DNA of 64,000 nt from Tubulanus polymorphus (Eukaryota > Animalia > Nemertea). The stretch's first letter is position 1. Each line of letters opens with the position of its first letter. This document shows, piece after piece, positions 1-12,099 of this stretch. The notes under the pieces are model-generated. The model saw only the letters and a list, made by a program, of their open reading frames with translations. It did no database searches and had not been told where the DNA came from. The stretch is taken from positions 3,861,814-3,925,813 of the forward strand of contig NC_134034.1 of NCBI RefSeq assembly GCF_964204645.1, given 5' to 3'. Made by a program: the position numbers and the translations under genes.

Positions 1-959
1 GAGTTTGAGTGCCATTTATTGTATCATGCCACTTAATTTGCCTTCACATTCAATTTGGTTGTGCCTTTTTTAGATTTTTGTCAAAATTAGCCCTTTTTCG
101 ATTAAACTTATAGAGCAACAACAATGTCTCTTAGAATAGTGCCCTTTTGAGCAAAGGACGGTGCCTGAGATTGCCTTTTTTAATTTTGGGCAATTTATTT
201 TTCATTCACATTTTGCTTTAGGCCTAGTGCAGAAAGGCAATTATTTTATGGCGCATATTAATATTATTCCAGTTCTGTAGCGATAAGAAGGGTTTGCAAA
301 GAGTCTCCTTTAATCCAGTTGATTAGGAGAGAAAATCCTCCATTTAGTCAAATTTCTCGAATTTGCTTGATAATTTCACAAATCGTCAAACACGTTATTG
401 AAGAATGATTTATCAGCTTTGCATTATTTACGATATCATGCGCAGCTTGTTTAATGATTTTGCGTACAAAGCACTTGTCCGCAGTCTCAATCTTTTTCAG
501 TTATTTGATAAACATTCGTGATGATTGTTCTGTCTGTCCATGTCCACATTTAACCCATCTCTACATTTCTAAATTGGCCTAGTTCTTTCAATTTGTTGCT
601 GATTGCTTGCTCTTATCCACCTAATAGTTGACCTCATCTTGTGTATCTGGGGTGCCAGGAATTCTGGATTTTTAGAGAAAGTCAAATTCTGGATTATATT
701 TCAGCACATTATTTTAGAATAAAACTACATGTACCAATTTATTGTCTCATGTCCTTACTTTCTGTTGGATTCAATGTGTGTGTTCAGTGTTAGTATCATT
801 GGCATTAACATGTATATTAATTTACTACTGCACTAGGATTGTAACCCCACATGCAGGGTTTTGCATTCACTTTTTTGGTGTATCTTTTAGGCACTATCCT
901 GTGGTTCTGGATGCTGTTTTGCATTGTCTGGGCATATCTTGTCTATCTTTATGTTGCCT

Positions 960-1330
960 TAAGGTGCATCAAATAAAAAACGTAATTCTTTACACTACGT
1001 TTCGGCTGTGCTGCCTTTATTCAAGAGCGAACACTTGAATTACAATTTATAGGACACTTGTATATATAGCCGGTGGAAGTCATGCGGGGAGATGATTATA
1101 AAGACCGTGTTTTGCATAGAACCATACCAAAGTTGTCTTCTTCTTTGCTAAGGGGATATAGAGTCTGAAGTATTTACTGATGAGGTCAGATTCTCTTAAA
1201 CGGCGCTGGGCTTGATCATTACAAATTATGAGATATTACAAGTTACGAGCCTCCAAATACGAAAAATACTCAAAGAACATCGACACCTTATGAATGTTGC
1301 ATCTCAATTATCACTGGAAAGGGGTTCATT
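960..1330 (-). mobile_element. Penelope-like element 3' relic with a degenerate hammerhead-like motif
   Basis: Minus strand reads QRRLRESDLISKY, resembling the PLE GIY-YIG C-terminus, followed by cttgaataaaggcagcacagccgaaacg, resembling the minimal PLE hammerhead core. Confidence 0.35.
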
Positions 1331-1916
1331 ATGGAATATGGAAAATCGAAATGCCACCTACCGCAAAACACGTTAGAACAGCCACATCTGTTCTGTATTT
1401 TTTTTAAAACGCACTGACGTGGAAGTGGAATAAAGTGACCCATACCCAGTTTAGCACAATCTAAAAAAAGTAAACTTGTTCTCACAAGAACCAATATACT
1501 ATGTATAAGTGAACATTGTTTGTATAAGTGAACATTGTTTCTACGCCTTCCTTAAACCTTGAAACAATTGCCGCGTCAATCTTTTTGGCGATGCATTTTA
1601 AATTCCCTGTATTTCTGACTAATGTGATTTTTGAAACTTTGAGTTTTGCGTTCTCGATTTCTTATGCTGGGAACTAATCTTTTGATAAGTTTTTCACTGC
1701 TCTTTTGTAATGCTTTTGAACGCGTTTCATGGCCCTTGTGCCATCTCAAATAACTGCAGGAGCGTGTTGATTTTTTGGTATGTGTAGTACATGGCATATC
1801 AGCATGCTGGCAATTTTGCTCACATCTGTTTTGAGTAACACGTAGTTAAACTGTATTGCATTTCTTTATTGATGTATTTTTGTTTTGATGTTGCTTTGAG
1901 TCAATCAACATTTTTC

Positions 1917-2100
1917 TGCAAGAAAATTTCTTAAATAGTTTTTATTCACTGTTTCCAATAGAATAGATCTGTATATGTGAGAAATAGGAGAATTCTGTAT
2001 ATTCGAGTAAAGTCCTACCAGTAAACTAGTGGTGGTTTCATTTGACTATACGTTACGTTACGTTACGTTACCCTGTCTCTCAATTGAATTCAGGAAAGAA
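1917..2100. repeat. ~185-bp diverged direct repeat, downstream of the GPCR
   Basis: tgcaagaaa...ttcactg...ccaata...agaattctgtatatt...actagtg...attgaattcaggaaagaa recurs at 4268-4449. Both copies also occur in unit B. Confidence 0.8.
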
Positions 2101-2355
2101 TGCGAGAAATAGTAGAATCGAAAGAGTAGAGTCAACGCTCCACCAGAACTAGTGGAACTTGACTTTACACCAAACGAATAGACGTCAAGAAATTTACTTG
2201 AAAATAAGACATAAATAGATTTAGTTATTCGCGTTTCAATGCACATTAACGGTGACCTAATGGCGTCATTAGGTGTTCTCTTGTGTCAATTGATTGGAAT
2301 TTCTGTGACCGTGTTTTAGTGGTAACAGTTTAGGTACAAAATGTACACTGAGTCT

Positions 2356-2700
2356 TCACAAACAAGTTTTACTCCAAGTTTTACTCAAACTCGATTTCAT
2401 AGAAAAATAAAATCTTTCTCTTTGGCCCATTCTAACACCAAAGTAAGAACCCTGACTCTTATGTTTGCTTTTGTCCAGCTGCCCGACCATAGAAACGGTT
2501 CTGGAATCATCAACGTAGTAACAAAAGTGCAATTGTTGCCCATCGGTTAGGATTTGGGAGTTCGTTTTAAGGAATAGAAGAAGGTCTGGGAGTCCTTCCC
2601 AAGTGTATTTTTGAACATTTGGTGCAATCTGTGGCCAATAGATAGACTGGTTCCCGTTTTGCTTTGCATTTATCGATCTTATTTTGCAAATGCAGACCAT
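2356..2700 (-). mobile_element. Gypsy-type LTR retrotransposon pol relic (second copy ~14362-14706)
   Basis: YWPQIAPNVQKY resembles the integrase Zn-binding region. WQRERF..MKSSL resembles the RT/RNase H linker. Degenerate. Confidence 0.4.
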
Positions 2701-2965
2701 GTATCGACGTTAGAAAATTATTCAGTCTGCAGGTACCTTATCGGTATTTCCTATGTGGGGGAATCAATCCCCACTGGATGCCATGTTCGATGTTTCACAG
2801 TTGTTCACAAGTAGTTTCAAATCGAAAGGCTGTTCGGTTATGAGAATGATTGATATTTGGTCGCGGAATTTTATTTTGTTTATAAAAAGTGATATTAATG
2901 AGTTTCGTGAGGTCAAGGTTCCACTATAAACACATTTATTTCCATTTCCCACACAAATGATAGTT

Positions 2966-4072
2966 TTACTGTGAATCACACAAATAATTGATAAGTAAAA
3001 CTTGTTTAGCTGTTTTTCTAAATGTTTTATTCGTCGCGCAATAAACAAGGAAATTTGCGGATGAGTCAAAAGCACTGAGCAGAATTCCTACTTTGCGCAT
3101 GATCATTGTTTCGTCGAAAGATAAACCATGACTTATTCCAAACTTCATTTGTAAGAAATGTAACACACGATCAAAAGATGCCGGAATTTCAAATATAAAA
3201 TACATCAATACAATCATTAGAACCATTTTTAATATTTTCAATTCAGCGGATGTATTTTGAGTTTTCTCACTGGGCGTCGCTGCGTCAGTGTGAAATTGAT
3301 TCTTCTGATTTCGTTTTCTCAATATCAGGACTCCAAACAAAGTTAGATTTAACGCTATCAAACAACTAAATGGTAGAAGTATACACACGAAGATGTAGGT
3401 ATTAAAAGTGACGAATCCCCCAAGAGCAGAATGATAATTAAACGGGGTTTTAGTTGTTTTCGCTCCAAACGCTCCCATTGTGAATAATCCCTTAGCACAA
3501 GGATGTGTGGCCCTTCCGGGTAAATAAAGTGGAAAATAATACGACCAGTAAGAAACTACAGAACAAAATACGTTGAAAATCGATAGAGAAATGATTTGTT
3601 TTTTGTTCCAGAATCGTCTAAAATACAGCGGACTCGCGACAACCAGGAGTCTTTCAAAATTTACAATCACAACGGCCCAATTTCTGGCAGTTTGAAATGT
3701 GTAGAATAATGGTAACGCCCATATTGTAATTTCGTGTCCAAAATACCAATCATCAATACGCCAGAGTGTGCTTAAATCAGTGGTTCTGGTGATCTGGATA
3801 ACAAGTATACGAAGTGGATAAAGTAGAGACACAGAAATAAGAAACAGTAAATCAAACCAGGCGAGAATTATAATAGTTTGATAAGTAGAGCGACCGATCC
3901 TTCTGAATATAACAATAGAGATACAGTTTAGAATTATTCCTAGAACTGAAGCTGATGAATATCCGTAACGGTAAAGCTTAACACTAAACACGAAATCCCA
4001 TCGATCTGGTGGCATAACACATCGAGGAGTCTCAGTCGTGGTGGTGGATGAGAGTTGAAATGTAAAATTCAT
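2966..4072 (-). CDS. Intronless class A (rhodopsin-like) GPCR, FMRFamide/sex-peptide-receptor-like (Srw-type), 368 aa, copy A
   Basis: Seven hydrophobic segments: TM1 GIILN, TM2 LAWFD, TM3 ERL, TM5 LPF..L..LN, TM6 FEIP, TM7 DSSANFLVY, helix 8 NKTFRK. N-terminal NFT sequon. In-frame stop just upstream of the ATG. Confidence 0.93.
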   Translation of the reverse strand: MNFTFQLSSTTTTETPRCVMPPDRWDFVFSVKLYRYGYSSASVLGIILNCISIVIFRRIGRSTYQTIIILAWFDLLFLISVSLLYPLRILVIQITRTTDLSTLWRIDDWYFGHEITIWALPLFYTFQTARNWAVVIVNFERLLVVASPLYFRRFWNKKQIISLSIFNVFCSVVSYWSYYFPLYLPGRATHPCAKGLFTMGAFGAKTTKTPFNYHSALGGFVTFNTYIFVCILLPFSCLIALNLTLFGVLILRKRNQKNQFHTDAATPSEKTQNTSAELKILKMVLMIVLMYFIFEIPASFDRVLHFLQMKFGISHGLSFDETMIMRKVGILLSAFDSSANFLVYCATNKTFRKTAKQVLLINYLCDSQ

Positions 4073-4077
4073 ATTTC

Positions 4078-4086
4078 AACAGCAGT

Positions 4087-4118
<32 letters not shown>

Positions 4119-4123
4119 CAGCA
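4078..4123. repeat. (CAG/CTG)n microsatellite in the GPCR 5' region (shorter in copy B, ~16083-16106)
   Basis: cagcagtagcagcagcagcagcagcagcagcagcagtagcagca directly upstream of the ATG. Confidence 0.9.
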
Positions 4124-4267
4124 CCAGTTGCCAGTGAGTGAAATAACAAGAGATACTTCAGACCGTGTTCAACTCTCTTCGATGGTGCAATAACGCATGC
4201 GATACGATAGTCTGTATTCATCTATCTACATGGTAACACCCATCTCCGCTATGCAGAAAATTGCCAT

Positions 4268-4449
4268 GCAAGAAACTTTGTGAAATAAATTTCATTCACT
4301 CTCTCCAATAAAATAGGTTAGTTTATGAGAAATATATTAGAATTCTGTATATTTGAGTCAAGCTATATCAGTGAACTAGTGATGGCTTTAGGTGACTAGA
4401 CTTAAAAAACAAATGATAATTAGGTCTCTCTATTGAATTCAGGAAAGAA
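4268..4449. repeat. ~185-bp diverged direct repeat, upstream of the GPCR
   Basis: Matches 1917-2100. Confidence 0.8.
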
Positions 4450-5230
4450 AAGATGTAAAATATGTTATTAATAATGAGTCTATATTATATATAACCCAAA
4501 AGAACCCATGGGGACTTTGACCCCCTGGAAAAATTCAGTACAACGAAAAAATTTAAAAAGTCACTCAGAAAGCCCATATGGACACATATGGGAATACTAT
4601 GGTGACATCTGGCGGCAGATATGATAACCTTTAAGTTTTTTACAATGAATTCAAAATGGCGGCCCCTATAGAAATGAAGCATGCATGAATATGGGTGTAG
4701 TAATCCAGTCACAGATTATATTCCAGGTGACAGTATATTGTTGTTTTAGATATTATCTACAGTACTGGTAGCACACCTAGGCCTTGTTGGACTGTGATAA
4801 ATAATGAGTTTGATTCTACACAGGTGTGTTATTCAGCGTAGGTCGAATGATCCCTATGGTTCTTTATGGTTCTCTATGTCCACATACAAAACAGGATGTG
4901 CTATGTGATAAAATGACAGGCCAATGCATTTACAAGAACATGAATGCTGTGCTTTGTATGGAATGGATAAAACTGACAAAACATGTGACATGAGTGCGAG
5001 GATGTACTTTGTTTCACACAGACACGTTTCCGTCACCATGAGTACCATTATAATTGAACTTTAGAGTGCCTAATTGGTATTACGAGGACTGTTGAGTGCT
5101 GAATGTGCCTAATTGTGATATTTTAAAATTTGGCAACTTTACTATTTTTACAATATTTTTGACTATTCATTTCTTTATTATCCGTGATTATATCGTTAAC
5201 TTTATGCAAACAGGCCGCAACATGATTACA

Positions 5231-6153
5231 GGACAAGAGCACCACAAAGCCAATATCTCTCCAGACTGAAAGCTATCCACGCACATTTTCCTCAAGTGCA
5301 CTGAAATAGTTTATCGTCAGCAGAAATAACAGTTTTGTCTGAGTACTGGCAATGTTATCTTTTGCCTACGAATCCACCCTTGAAATACGAATAGGCCTCA
5401 CAGAGTTATACCTGCGAACAAAGTCGACCCCAAATTATCTATTCCTAATGGTAAATGCAAAGATTTTACCTAAGTCAATGATATGTAGTTTCTTTGCATC
5501 AGTCGCGACATGCCACTGTTCCATCTCAAGTGGATCTCCGTTATTAATATATTTGAGAATTTTCTTATAATCATCAGTGAGCTGTCTTTTAGTGTGTCAG
5601 CAGTTTTCAGTTTGAGGGGAACATTTTGCTCCCGCTAGTGGTAAACGAACGCGCGACTTACTCTTTCCTCCTTCGGATGAGGTTTGTGACTATCCAGCAA
5701 GACATGAAAACAGCAAAGCCAATATCTCTCCATACTGACTAAAAGCTATCTACGCACATTCTCCTCAAATGCACTGAAATAGTGTATCGTCAGCAGAAAT
5801 AACAGATTTGCCTGAGTACTGGCAATATTATCTTTTGCCTACTAATTCAGCCTTGAAATACGAATAGGCCTCACAGAGTTATACCTGCCAACAAAGTCGA
5901 CCCCAAATAATCTATTCCTAATGGTAAATGCAAAGATTTTACCTAAGTCAATGATATGTAGTTTCTTTGCATCAGTCGCGACATGCCACTGTTCCATCTC
6001 AAGTGGATCTCCGTTATTATTATTTTTGAGAATTTTCTTATGATCATCAGCGAGCTGTCTTTTAGTGTGTCAGCAGTTTTCGGTTTGAGGGGAACATTTT
6101 GCTCCCGCGTGCGGCAAACGAACGCGCGACTTACTCTTTCCTCCCTTGGATGA
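5231..6153. repeat. Local ~473-bp tandem duplication, present once in unit B (17275-17747)
   Basis: aaagccaatatctctcca...ggatga occurs at 5231-5680 and 5681-6153. Confidence 0.92.
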
Positions 6154-7119
6154 AGTCTTTTTAAGCACGAGCGCTTGATTCTTCAAAATCCCGTATAACT
6201 TCGAAGTAACTCATTTTGATCCAAACAATTTCTTTATTTTGATCTAAAAGATCTTTCTCATTGTTGAATTTGAAGATATCTTCCGCTACCGTTATTTCAC
6301 CGGTATCTGGGCAGCAAATAAAACTTGTGCCCCCAAAACAGGGGCTGATCAAGCGGATTAATTAGACGTGCGTTCGTGAAAATGTTGATAAAATAGGCGC
6401 TTGCCAAGCTTGGGTTCGCCCTGTGATAATTGGATTGAAAATATTGGTCGTATTTATTGCTGAAATGACACATTTACCGTGATGCACCGAAATAACACGA
6501 ACTGCAGCATATTTGTTTACTTCTTATGCAATTTAATCACTTGAAATCATGTTATATCAGAAAGAAAAAACCTGGAGTAACCATTTTTACCATATTTTGT
6601 AGTAAATTTTTGTGGAAAAACAACTTTAAAATTTACCGAGATGAGATCGTCAATCAAGTGAAATTTGTTTTTCGCCGAGGTGACCTATTCAAAGTTAATA
6701 TATTGATTTTTCATACACGAAATTATATCCAGGTCCACAGATTGACATGATTTAAAAAAACCTGTGAAAATTACTGCAATTGATATGTAGGTGCAGAACA
6801 AAACAGAATGACAGAGAAACAAAACAAACAAAAGGTACACAGCTTGATAAACAGCATAAACCATATTGATAAGGATTACTGCTATAAACCTCACACAACC
6901 CCCTCGCATAAACTAGATACTCACTTGTATCGTACAGAAGCTCCAAGTCCTGTCTAACTACGTGTCCCATTAAATGCTATGCAAAAAAGAACATTTCCAA
7001 ACCGTGTGAGATAAATCAACCAAATCTTCAGGAGAGTTGGACTACAATGATAGTTTTTATCACATTAAGTCACTTTTTTCACTTGAAAAAAATTGCATAG
7101 AAATGCAACGAATTATATA

Positions 7120-7420
7120 CGGTCGGTAATCTCTAGGTTGACAATTTGCATGTCAGCCTTGAAACAATCTATTGGTTTAGGGATTTTCCCCTGAATTGGC
7201 CGATAGCCTATAAATTCTAACCTACATCCATATTCAACTATGTTCATTAGTGGCTTTTTCCATTTGTCCATAAATTGCCTCATACGGCCAGCTTCATAGC
7301 TTCTTATGTTTTCGCCGTCTTAAAAGTGTCTTCTAAAAATTGCATGTTATCTTCCATTTGTTATTTCGAGACAAGCTTACCCATGTTTCAGACGGTTCTT
7401 TTTCTCTGTCGTGTCTTTTT
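7120..7420 (-). mobile_element. Probable DIRS-type retrotransposon relic (gag-RT junction); copy B ~22040-22340
   Basis: Minus strand reads AGRMRQFMDKWKKPLMNIVEYGCRLEFIGYRPIQ, resembling the DIRS motif GRL..F...W...V..GY.LEF..P.Q. Confidence 0.45.
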
Positions 7421-7569
7421 GGCCTTTCTTGAATTTGAATCTTCGGTTGTATGCATTGTCCAGTCCTTGGTAACTTCCCTTGCAACCGGAACTCGCTCTC
7501 ATTTTAAATTCCATATTAGAGGTTTCGACAATAAGCCTTTTTGCCACAATTCAGTTTCAATCTAGTTAC

Positions 7570-7760
7570 ATGATTCATATAGTCTCTACAGTTGTCTGAT
7601 GTGGTATTGTCTACCATCGAATATCAGCTTTTTGACAATGGTTAACTTGGATTGTTTCTTTTGCTTTTACTCTTTGATTCCAAACCATCTCTATCGGGTT
7701 TTAACTCGCAGTGTTTTACTGCCTCATCCTTTAACTGTTCACTGCGTATAACATTTCTTT
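7570..7760 (-). mobile_element. Tc1/IS630-like transposase C-terminal relic; copy B ~22520-22700
   Basis: HCELNPIEMVWNQ.K in copy B (ORF 22556-22786) is the catalytic-Glu motif of IS630/Tc1 transposases. Confidence 0.6.
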
Positions 7761-8337
7761 TTTGGTGTCTTGTCAAAATAAAACATTGCAAAGTTAATTT
7801 TTTTCCTTGATGACTTGTGCGGCAAATTATGTTTTTGTAACCCATCCTTTTTAGGTGTATTTTTGTGAGGGTTTCCTTGGTGCTACTGTAACAACTAGGA
7901 TTTTCAGTGCACTCGGGAACTAGCTCGTCAAAATAAATCCAAAGTCATCAATTCCATCTTGATAAAATATCTTTTATTCAAATGCTTGGTCGGCTTCCGA
8001 CCGACCGCAACAACTGCTCAGTACAAACTGCCAAATAAAAGTGTGTGTTGTGTCCCTCATTCTGTTTCAACTGACTCTTATATCTATATATATATATTCC
8101 TCCATAGTAACAAAAACTTAGGTATGAAAAACAAAGGTGACAGACAGTGAGTAGACAATTTGAGCAACAACATGCCATAAACAAAGACAGAAAGAACATA
8201 TGACTAATTACTTTACAAACACGACTGACAAATACATTTCTAAACAAAACAACAAGTTGCTATACTACACGATCTGTCAAATTTAGCTCTTGATGTTTAA
8301 CTGGTAATAGTAATAATCTTTGGCCATCTTAGAATTT

Positions 8338-11300
8338 GAGGGAACACAGGAGGGGAACCGGAAAAAGTCGTTATATTGATATATCATAAAACATCAAGAT
8401 AATTCATCAAAATTATCAGATCATATTTGAACTATTTTGCCCATGGTTTTCCACTTTTCTTTTTTTCCCACTTTCCGCAATTTTGTTTTTGTGTAACTTT
8501 AACACAAGTTAGATGGTACAACGCTATAATAATTAACCATTTCTTACAATTTTTAGTAATGCAGTAGAAGATTCCTATAAAAAAATAAGCATTATCAGCA
8601 TGATTAACCATAGGGTTAATCCCTCACACATGGATAATAAATCCCTATATCTTTCTGCCGCAATCTTGGGCGAAGTTATGTTATATGCTGGTTTCACTTC
8701 TGGGGCCGTTTGTTGGCGTATAGCGGGAATAGTCAACTTCTCAAAAATATTTTCGAAATGGGACATCATAAAAAGTATCTTGTTCTCGAGGGATTTCTCG
8801 AGTCTAAGTTGTTTTACTTTTATCCAGTAAGACCTCAAGACTTTCAAATCCCGAGAATACGTCTTCCAATCATTCACTAAGACGTTTTCGTTTACATCAT
8901 ATATTTTTTTACACGCCAGAGTCAAGACAAGTGGTAACTGGCTTGGAACATACACATTACCAGCTTTCTTCAAAGCTTTTTCAATGTTACTGTGCATTGT
9001 ATCACCCTCTGATTGACCATGACCAGTTTCAAAATAGTACAGGGTAACTTGTTCGATTGATTGATCAACCTCGTGTATAAAATAATGAATCATGGTTGGT
9101 ACTATGGAATTTTCGTTTTGCCCCCCACGCCCGTCTGAAGAAGTGAACATTCTTTGATATGAGATTCGTCGGCTTGACATAACCATTCAAAAAGATAGGA
9201 GGCGATTTCGTTCGCACCACGTTTAGCCTGAGCCTCATGCCAAAGATAGCACGTGCCCTTCTCTTTAGTTACATTGTAAACTGTGAAATTATAGCAGGAC
9301 AATTTCCGTTTATAGAACAGCTCTCCACGTTTGCTTATAGGCAGACTAATTACTTGTTGCAGATCAAAACAGGCTATGTATGATTGTGGATTATTTTCTG
9401 ATTGATTTTTCAGCTCTTTTTGATCTAGAACTTTTTGTTTCTCTGCTATATGTTTTTCATAGACCTGTTTTATGTCATATTGCGCCTGCTCACTCCCAGT
9501 TCTGTACCCATCACAAATTGCAAACATGTCTTTTTTGGGGACGTGAAATTTCAGATTTTGAGATTTAAATATCGTATGATAAAATGAATATGAAACAGAG
9601 ATATTATCGGGCTCAGAAGCATACAAATCAAACATTTTGGTTATAGTAAGTTCTGATGACAAGTACTGTTGAGATGTATTAGCCTTACAATAGTGGGATT
9701 CCATGCGGGAAATCGATTGATGTGATTTTAAAACTGACTGTTTTTTCAATTCATCATCTACTGCCCATTTCTCACGTCTACCTCCACGCTGTTCATCCTG
9801 TAAACAACCTGTTGTTGTTGTTTTGCTAAGAACTGTTCTTACCTGACGTTCTGGTATACCGAGTGTATTCAAGAACATTACCGTGCGCCTGCTGGTTTCG
9901 TTCTTTGTTTGTTTCTTTTCAACTGACATAATGAAACCGCTGATATATTGCCTTTGCTTCGCTAGATCGTCTAGATCATAGAAGGAAAGTAACAGATCGA
10001 GTCTAGTGTTGTCATCGAATTTTTCACATCCAAAATCTTTTTTCTTGCACGCAGCACTATCATCCCGATAGTCAGGGGACCTAATGAATGTGATGAAGGT
10101 GCTGGTAATATCTTCATCATTTCTGCCACTTATGCCTTCATGCCAAAGCATGCCAGTTGGTTTGAGTTTTGAGTAATTTTTACCCGAGGGGGCAAATGTC
10201 TCATTAAATACCACCAACCGTCGAGTAAACAGGGCGGCTTTAATGCCTGGCAATCGCAGGAGCATTATTACTTTTTCTAAATCGACGGAAGATTTGTTCC
10301 GTCAAAGGGAATTTCAGAATCGTTTCTATATATTTCGCGCCCCATTTTGGCGTTTTCTTTGTGTTTATGCCAATTCTCACAAAGATCACAGTCAGTTGGA
10401 TTTGTGCATGTGTGTTTCTCATGAGCCAGGCAATCCTTACATTCCTCCTCCCCCAATACAGCGAAACTGATTTTCAGATCTGACAAAATGCGTCTGTAAG
10501 CATCATATGATATTTGGTCGTCAGGGTGTTTACGTTGGAAATCACTGTGCATTTCGGTGATATTTATTTCATTAGTAAGATATCTGGTATGTGGGGCATG
10601 CTCACGCCTGTAATGTGAACATTGAGGGTTAAAAGATTCAATATGATCCTTAATTATCTGCTTTTTAGAATTTGACATGGCATGCTTTGGAGTATGTTTT
10701 CCTCTCTTGTCAGGAGGAGGAGAAAATGCTTCAACATTAGGAGAAACCTCACTTAGTACGCGATCAGAATTGTACCCCAAGTTTCTTAAGGAGAATATCT
10801 GACAAACAGACTGTATAACGTTGCCACTATCGGGTAAATAAAATTTTCGATAGTGCGTTTTCTTCAAACCTACCTGTTTAGTTTCAAATACCTTTACATC
10901 ATTGAAAACCCATGCTTTTCTAAGATTACTGTCTTTAATGTCCTAAAAAAGTTCATGAATCACAGCTCTTCTCTGCCCGTCGAACTTTTCATTACATTTT
11001 TCACGCTTACAGGAACATGTTTCCAAAAGTGGATGTTCGTTTTTAAGTTTCAAGTATTGCTCACTTTTTGAACTGGAATTCCATGCGGGGAAATCGATTG
11101 ATGTGCAGCATTGCGAATAGCTTCTTTTTAGGATCTTTTGCGTTTTTTGGTGTATTACCGCTTCTTTCTCTCGGATGTCCATCAACAGTATAACTTGCTG
11201 GTGTTACCATAACTTCGTCTTGAATTTGCCGCTGGGGTGTTACTGGTGAAGAATCCTCAAGTGTTGTTGATCTAGCTGACGAAATATTTATGAAATTATT

Positions 11301-11916
11301 GCTTTGGATTGAGTGATCCGATGGATTCCTAGCAGGATTATCACTTCCTGTGAGTTGTCCATGATAGCAGCAAGATTCATCTTAAATGAAGTGATCGTAA
11401 CATAAGAGCTTGTTACATGCACTTTTAGTGCAAGCTGCGAAAATATCTTCTTTGCAATTCCATCGTTAACATTTTCTGATATGGCCCTGTGCTTCATTTT
11501 CTTCTGACTCAGCGGCGGAATCCTTTTCTGGATCATAAATGGAATCATCATCAGCTGGTTCCTGTAGGTATTCAGATTGGTCTGAAGCAGAGTCGGATTC
11601 ACAATCGGTTACATCACCTGATCTACCTGTTTTTCTCCTTTTTTGCACTTATAACCAGTGCAGATGGTGTCATTTCATCACTGATAGAATCAAGGCTTTC
11701 GATTTCTATGAATTCATAGTCCACAACCTCTCCGTGCCACCAAGATCTATCTGGAGGCCTGTACATTCGGACCTTGCATCCATCCTTTCTTTGTTTGTAG
11801 TTGAATTTCAGTTTGCTAGCCTTAACTACATTCATACTTCCGTCACTCCAGCGAACCTTGGAATCAGAGGTTGAGTCCATCTGAAAAAAAGAACATTGCA
11901 TTAAAGTAGTTGTTCA
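8338..11916 (-). mobile_element. Defective chimeric Sola1-type DNA transposon, copy A
   Basis: Frameshifted ORFs carry SHYRREHAP..RYL, WHEGISGR, ESHYCK, PKKD, DLQQVISLP, YKRKLSCYNF, WHEAQAKRGANEI, SDG.GGQN and GHGQSEGD. A likely terminus attt|gagggaacac lies at 8338. Confidence 0.8.
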
Positions 11917-12099
11917 ACGGCGTTTTTTTTTCAAAAAAAAAATTAAAAGCACAGATTTTTCGACAAATAATGTGTAAATTTCCATTTTATTAAACGTGAT
12001 GATAGTCTTATGATTTAAATAATTCTGTTTTTTACTTTGCCTAAATCGACACAAAAATGCCTAAAAAGGCGAATTTGAGCACAAAAGCAAAATATTTTT

